Shown here: positions 43,155-49,319 of the stretch, one piece after another
Numbering within the stretch: position 1 is the stretch's first letter
Layout of the letters: every line of letters begins with the position of its first letter
Origin: Chloroflexia bacterium
Lineage (GTDB): Bacteria; Chloroflexota; Chloroflexia; QHBQ01; JADMIH01
Direction: 5' to 3'
Assembly: GCA_045805005.1 (NCBI GenBank)
Contig: JBJMMB010000407.1
Coordinates: 1-49,319 of the forward strand
DNA length: 49,319 bases
The notes under the pieces: model-generated
Seen by the model: the letters and a program-made list of their open reading frames with translations, nothing else
Database searches by the model: none
What the model was told of the DNA's origin: nothing
Made by a program: the position numbers and the translations under genes

Positions 43155-44405
43155 CTACCGCTTTGCTTGCTCCGACCCCAGCCGCCCGAGGAGCACCGCG
43201 TAGTTGGTTCCCTCGTACTCGGGGTGGTACTCGAACCGCTGCCGCTCGAAATACTGCACAAGGTAAGTCCTGCCGTCTCCCTTGTTCAGCTCCATGAATG
43301 GCTCGGATATCGGCAGCCCAAACTGCTTCACGTCCCCCTTCTGCGACCAGAAGGTGATGATCGCCAGGCCGCCCGGCGTGTTCGGGTTCCCCAGGGTGTG
43401 CCCGGTCTGCGCGAACCACTGGCTTCTGCCCCCTGGGTTGGTCACCCTCTGGAAGGGCGCTTCATTCTGCCTTCCCTGGGTTGCCGCCACTCCCAGCAGC
43501 CCCATCTGCATGTCGTTGGGCGCCTGGTACTCCGGGTGCTGCTCGAAGCGCGCCCGCTCGAACCACTGCGTCTTATACGTCCTCCCATCGGTGGGCGACA
43601 CCTCATCGCGCAGCGCCGTGATCGGGTAGCCGTTGATGTAAATGCTCTCCTGGAACTGCCGCCTGCCCTGCCACACGTCCCAGAACCGCCCCGCCACCGT
43701 GAAGCCGGTCTCCTTGAACGTGTACGAGCCGTTGGAAGGGGGCTGCGGTGCTTTCGATGCAGTCGCCACCACGAAGTTGAACGTGGCGGTCTTGCCGGCC
43801 GGCAAGTTCTCCACCTGCGCCACGAGGCTCCGGTCGAATATGCCGTCTCTGCTGTTGTAAGCCACGTCCGGGAAGAAAATCTGGGTGGTCAGCACCGGCC
43901 CCCCAGGGGCCTGCACCTTCACATGGATATGAATGGTGCGCCCCGGATACTCCCCCGGCACGATCGTTTCCATAAGGTATCGCCCCGACTGGTCGGTGTA
44001 CTCATGCCCCCGCAGCGTATAACCCGTGTTATCGTAGTTCCCGTCATAATCGGCCTGCCAGAAGTCGACCCAGGCGTTAGCCACGGGCTGGCAGTTCGTG
44101 TCATACACGTACCCCGTCACGCGCACCTTGGCCCCCACCATCCCCGGCTCTAGCAGCGAAGCCCGCTCTGGCGACCCCGCCCTCCAGAACGGCCCCTCCG
44201 TCACCGCCAGCGTGGTAGTACAGGTAAGAGGTGCAGTGCGCCCTGCCGCTTGCGCCGCGCCTGCCTCCCAGGCCGGCACTCCAGTCACCTGTCCTGCCAC
44301 GGCAAGCAGCAGCGCCAAAGCCAGCATACTTCTCAAATGCGAAGGATACCTGCGGCCATTCACCATCAGTTTGGGGGAGAGCTGAGTATTCATGACATCA
44401 ATCAT
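43155..44405 (-). CDS. Secreted intradiol-dioxygenase-like domain protein with two C-terminal repeat modules
   Basis: TEGPFW...VDFWQADYDGNY...GRTIHIHVKV, then two copies of the F.(E/Q)TG...QYFER.RFE.HPE module also found in the S41 peptidase. Start at 44405 or 44393. Confidence 0.75.
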   Translation of the reverse strand: MIDVMNTQLSPKLMVNGRRYPSHLRSMLALALLLAVAGQVTGVPAWEAGAAQAAGRTAPLTCTTTLAVTEGPFWRAGSPERASLLEPGMVGAKVRVTGYVYDTNCQPVANAWVDFWQADYDGNYDNTGYTLRGHEYTDQSGRYLMETIVPGEYPGRTIHIHVKVQAPGGPVLTTQIFFPDVAYNSRDGIFDRSLVAQVENLPAGKTATFNFVVATASKAPQPPSNGSYTFKETGFTVAGRFWDVWQGRRQFQESIYINGYPITALRDEVSPTDGRTYKTQWFERARFEQHPEYQAPNDMQMGLLGVAATQGRQNEAPFQRVTNPGGRSQWFAQTGHTLGNPNTPGGLAIITFWSQKGDVKQFGLPISEPFMELNKGDGRTYLVQYFERQRFEYHPEYEGTNYAVLLGRLGSEQAKR

Positions 44406-44470
44406 ACTCCATCGAGTCAAGTGCTTGTCGTCTTGTAAGCATTCAGCCATAGGGTCAAATAAACGCGATT

Positions 44471-44554
44471 GTAGGGGCAGGTCTTGTGCCTGCCCTGTGC
44501 GCCTACACCGCAGTCGAGATAACCAAACAGGGCAAGCACAAGACCTACCCCTAC
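44471..44554. repeat. GTAGGGGCAGG palindromic element
   Basis: gtaggggcaggtcttgtgcctgccctg ... cagggcaagcacaagacctacccctac form 27-nt arms with 2 mismatches. Each arm is itself a small hairpin. Confidence 0.85.
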
Positions 44555-44709
44555 GGCAATTTGGGCCCCCTCAACTGTGAACGCTCATGTCGTCTTCCAC
44601 AGGTAATGCAGGAAGTCCCCGATGAAACGCTTCCGAAACGCTCCCCCTGCTATACTCCGGCTAAGCAAGTGGCACATGGTCACCAACAGTTACACAAGGA
44701 GATCAAACA

Positions 44710-45102
44710 ATGTCCATCGAGAACACCCGCGAAACCCTCATGAAGTACTTCAACTCCGAGCATGGCGACGTGAGCGTGATGTCCCTCGGCGTAGTCTTCA
44801 CCGATATGGCGACGGGCCAGCAATTCAAGGGCCCCGATGCTATCCTGGCGATGCTCAATTACTTCTACCACCACGCATTCAACGCCACTGCCGACCTGAC
44901 TAACATGGTCATCGAGGGCAACAGGGCCATGACCGAGTGGGACTTCGTCGGCACGCACACGGGAGAGTTCGCGGGCGTGCCCGCAACCGGAAAGCAGGTC
45001 CGCGTCCCCCTGGCAATAGCCTACGACCTTGAAAACAACAAAATCAGGAGCGCCCGCATCTACTTCCAGATCCCTGCCTTCCTCCGGCAGGTCGGCGCCT
45101 AG
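44710..45102 (+). CDS. SnoaL-like / ester cyclase (NTF2-fold) protein
   Basis: 130 aa. AAGGAGA ribosome-binding site. GNRAMTEWDFVGTHTGEFAGVPATGKQVRVPLAIAYDLENNKI. Confidence 0.8.
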   Translation: MSIENTRETLMKYFNSEHGDVSVMSLGVVFTDMATGQQFKGPDAILAMLNYFYHHAFNATADLTNMVIEGNRAMTEWDFVGTHTGEFAGVPATGKQVRVPLAIAYDLENNKIRSARIYFQIPAFLRQVGA

Positions 45103-45393
45103 CCTCAAACCTCCTCTTCAAGCCGTGTAAGCCTTCCTGCCGTGGGCGTCCCAGACGTTAGTGCTGAAGGCATCCACCGGCGTGCCCTGCGAGGACGCCT
45201 CACTTCTGCAAGATGGACTGACTCTTTGGTTGTGGGGTGCCCGCCTGGCTTGGCTCCATACGATCAGCACGCCTGGGCCGAGCGGCCAAATCGGTCATGC
45301 CCGGCGGCGGTTGCCTTTCCGGTATATACTTGCTGCACAAGCCGGGACAAAAATCGTGCGCCGCGCATCCAGCTAAGTGGAGGATGTCATACA

Positions 45394-45990
45394 ATGAGAC
45401 CATTAATAGGGGTCGCCCGCTCGCGCCAACGCATCCTTGCGTTCGCCGCCTTCATGGGGCTAATATTCAGCCTTCTGCCGGCCGTGCAATCCAGTGCCGC
45501 CGAGCCTCTGACTGCGGGCACGGAATGCGGCACAATCCAGGTGCGCGGGCCTCAACTCGTCGACGACCCCTCCGCCGCCCTGGAGGCTGAGACCTGCTTC
45601 CTGCAAGCCTACAACCAGCGCCAACCAGCCACCCTGGTGCTCCAGGTGATGGGCATCGATACCATGGCCACCCACATCTTCACCCTCGGCACCGAAAGCG
45701 GCCAGTACGCCCTGACCGACAGCGCGGAGTTCCGGGTAATCCCCCGCCCGGTGGGGACCACTAACCTCTACACCTGCTCAGGCCTCACCCAAACCGCCAA
45801 CGGCCTCCTTGCCACGGCGTGCGGAGATGAAGGGGACGTCCTGATCCCCGCACCACAACCCGGCATGCCCACAACCGGCCGGTCACAACCAACCGATCTG
45901 CGGTGGGGTATCCTGGCTGCACTCGCGCTTCTTCTGTTGGGCATCGGCGCGCGCTTCCCACGGTCGGTCATAGGCCGCAGGAAGGTGTGA
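45394..45990 (+). CDS. Secreted hypothetical protein with a sortase-type C-terminal sorting signal
   Basis: Start at MRPLIGV with GGAGGA upstream. Signal peptide. C-terminal PGMPTTG, a hydrophobic segment, then RRKV. Confidence 0.6.
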   Translation: MRPLIGVARSRQRILAFAAFMGLIFSLLPAVQSSAAEPLTAGTECGTIQVRGPQLVDDPSAALEAETCFLQAYNQRQPATLVLQVMGIDTMATHIFTLGTESGQYALTDSAEFRVIPRPVGTTNLYTCSGLTQTANGLLATACGDEGDVLIPAPQPGMPTTGRSQPTDLRWGILAALALLLLGIGARFPRSVIGRRKV

Positions 45991-46014
45991 TGATCGGACT
46001 ATGAGCCCTAATTG

Positions 46015-46088
46015 CGCGCCCGGAGGGATTCGAACCCCCGACCCTCTGATCCGAAGTCAGATGCTCTAGTCCACTGAGCTACGAGCGC
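46015..46088 (-). tRNA. tRNA-Arg (anticodon TCG)
   Basis: The manual fold gives acceptor GCGCTCG/CGGGCGC (one G-U), D-arm GCTC-AGTGGACTA-GAGC and anticodon arm TCTGA-CTTCGGA-TCAGA. The variable loop is GGGTC and the T-arm is GGGGG-TTCGAAT-CCCTC. No CCA is encoded. Confidence 0.9.
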
Positions 46089-46159
46089 CCGCTTCGTTAT
46101 TATACCCGATACCTGTCGGGAGGCGTTACTCCTAGATTTAGGGTCGAAAAGACGCAACT

Positions 46160-46267
46160 GTAGGGACAGGCCCCCGTTGCCTGCCCTTGTTTGTGTACCC
46201 AACGCTGGGATTAGCGCACGAGGGCAGGCAGCACGGGGTCCCCTCTGGGGCTGGGGCCTGCCCCTAC
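46160..46267. repeat. 108-nt GTAGGGACAGGCCCC...GGGGCCTGCCCCTAC MITE-like element
   Basis: Near-identical to 15599-15707, with 58 nt identical at the 3' side and the same 5' 27 nt apart from one base. It lies next to the tRNA-Arg gene. Confidence 0.85.
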
Positions 46268-46330
46268 AGAAATATCCCCAGCCTCAGTCCGAACTCTTAC
46301 AGGAAATTACATTGCTCGCCAGGTCGCCGC

Positions 46331-46894
46331 TCACCTGCAAGTTGCCATCTCCCTAAACACCAGCGATTGGACGCAGCGCATACCCAACCCCAGCCTTTCG
46401 GCGCATGGCTTGACATATCGCATCGGCTTCACCGGTGTCGCGCTGGTCGAGGGGATCGTGACCCACGCGAAGTGAAACGGCAGCCGGTGCCTATCAACTG
46501 TGCCCGGCGCGGAGGGCAAGCCGAAGTGCCTCCTGTACAGCCGTTCGGCTTTTGCGCCGTTGAACACCACAGTTTTGATGCCCGGTAAGGCGCCGAGCAG
46601 CCACTCGAAATCGTTCGGCCTCTCGTTTCTGATTGACGAGTCGATATCGCCTTCCCGCTCGCACTCCTCGATCACGTACCAGAGCGCCAACCCCCTCGCC
46701 TTCAGGTACTCAAGCCTATCACAATAACCGAGCGGCATCTCGAAGCGCGAGGCCATGGCGATCACGTCCCAGAAGATGTTGTAGCGGTCTGCGTAGTACT
46801 GCCGCATGCGAGCTGAGGTCTCGTCCGGCGCGGCCCCCAGCACCAGGCAGCGCACTCCCTCGTCAATGACCGGTTCTAACGACTTCACTATCAT
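46331..46894 (-). CDS. Uracil-DNA glycosylase superfamily protein (DNA-deoxyinosine/hypoxanthine glycosylase-like)
   Basis: Start at MIVKSLEP. CLVLGAAPDETSARMRQYYADRYNIFWDVI resembles the GSFP..S....YYA...N.FW pattern. Confidence 0.65.
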   Translation of the reverse strand: MIVKSLEPVIDEGVRCLVLGAAPDETSARMRQYYADRYNIFWDVIAMASRFEMPLGYCDRLEYLKARGLALWYVIEECEREGDIDSSIRNERPNDFEWLLGALPGIKTVVFNGAKAERLYRRHFGLPSAPGTVDRHRLPFHFAWVTIPSTSATPVKPMRYVKPCAERLGLGMRCVQSLVFREMATCR

Positions 46895-47074
46895 CGGTGG
46901 GCTGCATGATACTCCTTTTGGCCTCGGGATGCAACAATCTCCACCCCAAGATGGCCTTCTTTTCGCCCGCCCTGTGGGAGCAAAATACTCTTTACATATA
47001 TGCATTTAACATGCTATTATTGGCTGAGGCCTCTACTACCTCACATAGCGCCATGCGCCTGGAAAAGAGAACCA

Positions 47075-48877
47075 ATGTACGCGAGAGAGCACATCCTGTC
47101 AACCACAGCATACATCGAGCCAAGATCCAGTACCCCACTCGCACTCACATCTGAAATCACCCGCATACCCAGACGCGGACTGTTGGCGACAGGGACTGCC
47201 GTCCTCTGCTCGTTCGCTGCGCTCATTCTGCTCCTCTTCGCCGGTGTCCAGGCGAGAGCGGCGCTTGCCGGAAACAGCCCGCCAAGGCCGCTGACCGGCT
47301 GTCTCAGTGGATGGGATATAGTGCCCAGCCCCAACACGACCGGGACTATCAATTCTCTGGCCGGGCTGGCGGTGGTCTCCTCGAATGACATGTGGGCTGT
47401 CGGTTACCGCACGGAACCGGTCGGGGGAACCAGACTCACGCTGAGCGAGCACTGGGACGGCTCGAACTGGACCATCGTGCCCGGCCCTGACCTGGGCTCG
47501 CCCAATAACAGTCTCAGCTCCGCGCTGGCCCTGGCCTCCAACAACGTCTGGGCAGTCGGGTTCTATAGCCCCGATGGCTCGCATGCCCAGACGCTAGTGG
47601 AGCACTGGAACGGCAGCGCCTGGAGCGTGGTGCTCAGTCCCAACGTCGGCACCACCAACAACAACAACGCCTTATGGTCCGTATCCGCCCTATCGCCTAG
47701 CGACATCTGGACCGTGGGCCTGCATGTGACCGATAGCAATCAATACATGACGCTCATCGAGCATTGGGATGGGGTTGCCTGGTCCGTGGCCTCCAACCCG
47801 AACCCAAGCACATACAATAACAGCCTGGAAGGCGTGGCGGTGGTGTCTGCGAATGATGTTTGGGCGGTAGGCACGTACATCAGCCCCGTAGGCACGAATC
47901 AGACCCTGATAGAGCACTGGAACGGCAGCGCCTGGAGCGTGGTGCCCAGCCCCAACGTCGGCACGGGTCAAAACTGGCTCTGGGGCGTGGCCTCTCTTTC
48001 CGCCAACGATGCCTGGGCCGTGGGCTATAGCAGGAGCACGCCCACTGGCCCTCTCCGCACCCTTGTGGAGCATTGGAACGGAGCCTCCTGGGCCGTAGTC
48101 CCCAGCGCCGATCCTGGCGCATACAGCGACCGATTGACTGCCGTAGCCGCCCTTTCCCCAACCGACGTTTGGGCCGTGGGCTACAGCGCGGATAGCGGTT
48201 CCTCCCCCGATGCCTCTTTGGTGGAGCGCTGGGATGGCACAGCTTGGAACGTCGTGCCCAGTCCCAACTCTGGATCCGACAGCAACCATCTTTCCGCCGT
48301 GGCCGCCATGTCCGCCATCCATGTGATCGCTGCGGGCGATCATGGCAGTGCTACCAGTGGCGCCACCCGAACCCTGATTGAGCGCTACTCCGAGCCCTGC
48401 ACGCCCGTACTCACCGCCCACGTAACCTGGCAAGGCCGCCCCGACCAGCCCAGCCCCTTACAGCAGGTGCCGGTCACCCTTACACTCAGGTCCGCAACCA
48501 CCGAGGTCAACTACCCGGCGCAGGGCACCGACCCTAACGGCTTCTTCACCGTTCCCGCTGGCACGTTGCCCTCCGGCACTTACGCCTGGCGCGCCAAGGG
48601 CCCCAAGTACCTCGCAGGCTCCGGCGCCGTCACCCTGTCCGGAGCCCCGGCAACCAGCCTCGAAATCGGCCAGCTTCGCGCCGGGGACGCCAACAACGAC
48701 AACGGCGTCAACTCTATGGACTTCACCGTCCTCCGCCTCGCCTACGGCAAGTCCGCGGGCCAACTCGGCTACGATGATCGGGTCGACTTCACGGGCGACC
48801 AGGTGGTCAACGTCTCCGACTTTAGCCTCCTCAGGCTGAACTTCGGCCAATCCGGCGCCCCACCTATCACTCCCTGA
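47075..48877 (+). CDS. Secreted 7-bladed beta-propeller-like repeat protein with a C-terminal dockerin-like module
   Basis: Seven repeats of about 52 aa: (E)HW(N/D)GS.W..VPSPN.G...N.L..V...S..D.WAVG. The C-terminus reads GDANNDNGVNSMDFTVL...DFTGDQVVNVSDFSLL. N-terminal TM or signal segment. A ~52-nt stretch is near-identical at 47599-47652 and 47912-47964. Confidence 0.75.
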   Translation: MYAREHILSTTAYIEPRSSTPLALTSEITRIPRRGLLATGTAVLCSFAALILLLFAGVQARAALAGNSPPRPLTGCLSGWDIVPSPNTTGTINSLAGLAVVSSNDMWAVGYRTEPVGGTRLTLSEHWDGSNWTIVPGPDLGSPNNSLSSALALASNNVWAVGFYSPDGSHAQTLVEHWNGSAWSVVLSPNVGTTNNNNALWSVSALSPSDIWTVGLHVTDSNQYMTLIEHWDGVAWSVASNPNPSTYNNSLEGVAVVSANDVWAVGTYISPVGTNQTLIEHWNGSAWSVVPSPNVGTGQNWLWGVASLSANDAWAVGYSRSTPTGPLRTLVEHWNGASWAVVPSADPGAYSDRLTAVAALSPTDVWAVGYSADSGSSPDASLVERWDGTAWNVVPSPNSGSDSNHLSAVAAMSAIHVIAAGDHGSATSGATRTLIERYSEPCTPVLTAHVTWQGRPDQPSPLQQVPVTLTLRSATTEVNYPAQGTDPNGFFTVPAGTLPSGTYAWRAKGPKYLAGSGAVTLSGAPATSLEIGQLRAGDANNDNGVNSMDFTVLRLAYGKSAGQLGYDDRVDFTGDQVVNVSDFSLLRLNFGQSGAPPITP

Positions 48878-48891
48878 TACGGCTCAAGTCT

Positions 48892-48948
48892 CAGGGGATT
48901 ACAGTTTACGGGCAAAGGTTATTCCTGCCCGTAAACTGTAATCCCCTG
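48892..48948 (+). terminator. Strong stem-loop terminator
   Basis: 23-bp perfect stem caggggattacagtttacgggca / tgcccgtaaactgtaatcccctg with an 11-nt loop. Confidence 0.75.
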
Positions 48949-49031
48949 CAAATCTTTGGAATACTTCCGTAATGTTTTTGCGATACAATATATCCAGGAC
49001 GCCCACGCGTATAATAAATGGAGGATCACAA

Positions 49032-49319
49032 ATGAAAAGCAAAGTAACCAAGTCCGATGCCGAGTGGCGGCAGCAGCTTACGCCCGACCAGTATCACGTC
49101 ACCCGTGAGAAGGGCACCGAGCGCGCTTTCACCGGCGAGTACGCCCACACCAAGGAGCGCGGCGTATACAAGTGCGTCTGCTGCGGCGCCGACCTCTTCA
49201 GTTCCGACACCAAGTTCGAGTCGGGCACCGGCTGGCCCAGCTTCTACGCCCCCATCTCCGAGGAGAACGTCGCCGAAGAGACTGACAACAGCTTCTGGAT
49301 GCGCCGCACCGAGGTCAAC
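49032..49319 (+). CDS. msrB: Peptide-methionine (R)-S-oxide reductase MsrB, 3'-truncated by the window end
   Basis: Not in the ORF track because no stop is present. GGAGGA ribosome-binding site. MKSKVTKSDAEWRQQLTPDQYHVTREKGTERAFTGEY...YKCVCCGADLFSSDTKFESGTGWPSF. Confidence 0.9.
   Translation, partial: MKSKVTKSDAEWRQQLTPDQYHVTREKGTERAFTGEYAHTKERGVYKCVCCGADLFSSDTKFESGTGWPSFYAPISEENVAEETDNSFWMRRTEVN

Noticed and set aside
46015-46267. tRNA-Arg as the attachment site of a genomic island.
   Set aside because: There is no integrase, no direct repeat of the tRNA 3' end and no obvious compositional boundary. The adjacent element is a small palindromic repeat also found elsewhere.
48961-49031. Possible promoter for msrB (TATAAT at 49010-49015).
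   Set aside because: No acceptable -35 element lies at 16-19 nt spacing; TTGCGA is 26 nt away. The evidence is too weak to report as a feature.

Overview
A 49.3-kb, high-GC chromosomal segment (roughly 60-65% GC by eye). It is gene-dense, with no rRNA, CRISPR-cas, transposase, integrase or prophage genes that I can recognise. The gene content suggests a monoderm, F420-using bacterium, probably Chloroflexota-like; this is inference from an SLH-domain surface protein, a sortase-like sorting signal, a lipobox lipoprotein, F420/LLM-type oxidoreductases and GTAGGGGC-type palindromic elements. I support 41 protein-coding genes, one probable frameshifted gene, one tRNA-Arg(TCG) and a 3'-truncated msrB. 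In order the genes are: a multi-TM sensor-like membrane protein; a RecQ-family helicase with a ComF-like tail; an SRPBCC protein; an S41 peptidase; a sugar ABC uptake unit (binding protein plus two permeases) near a GH38 alpha-mannosidase; two MFS transporters; YjbQ, PPOX and CoA-binding small proteins; a CbrC-like protein with a metallophosphoesterase; a same-strand glyco cluster (MDR dehydrogenase, GH36-like, clan GH-A-like, GT4, Gfo/Idh/MocA, LLM oxidoreductase, GT4); a NarL-type two-component pair; a lipid head-group cluster (methyltransferase, PlsC-like, CDP-alcohol phosphatidyltransferase-like, CdsA-like); an amine oxidase; a WYL regulator with a VOC protein and an AlkA-like glycosylase; and several secreted or surface proteins. 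I found no recognisable defence or mobile system. The most unusual signals are non-coding. First, at least eight separate tandem arrays with a 7-nt period but unrelated unit sequences sit at gene boundaries; two form inverted pairs, and one (AAAATTC x5) lies inside the 5' end of a CDS. Second, a 45-nt double-hairpin repeat occurs at least 12 times, always in the same orientation, partly as about 65-nt-period tandem arrays. Third, there are GTAGGGGC...GCCCCTAC palindromic MITE-like elements, including two copies with an identical 58-nt segment. Fourth, a near-consensus promoter is followed by a lower-GC leader of about 430 nt. On the protein side, the RecQ-ComF fusion, the non-canonical catalytic motifs in the lipid cluster and the WYL-VOC-glycosylase module deserve follow-up. 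All functional calls rest on motif recognition by eye; no searches were run.
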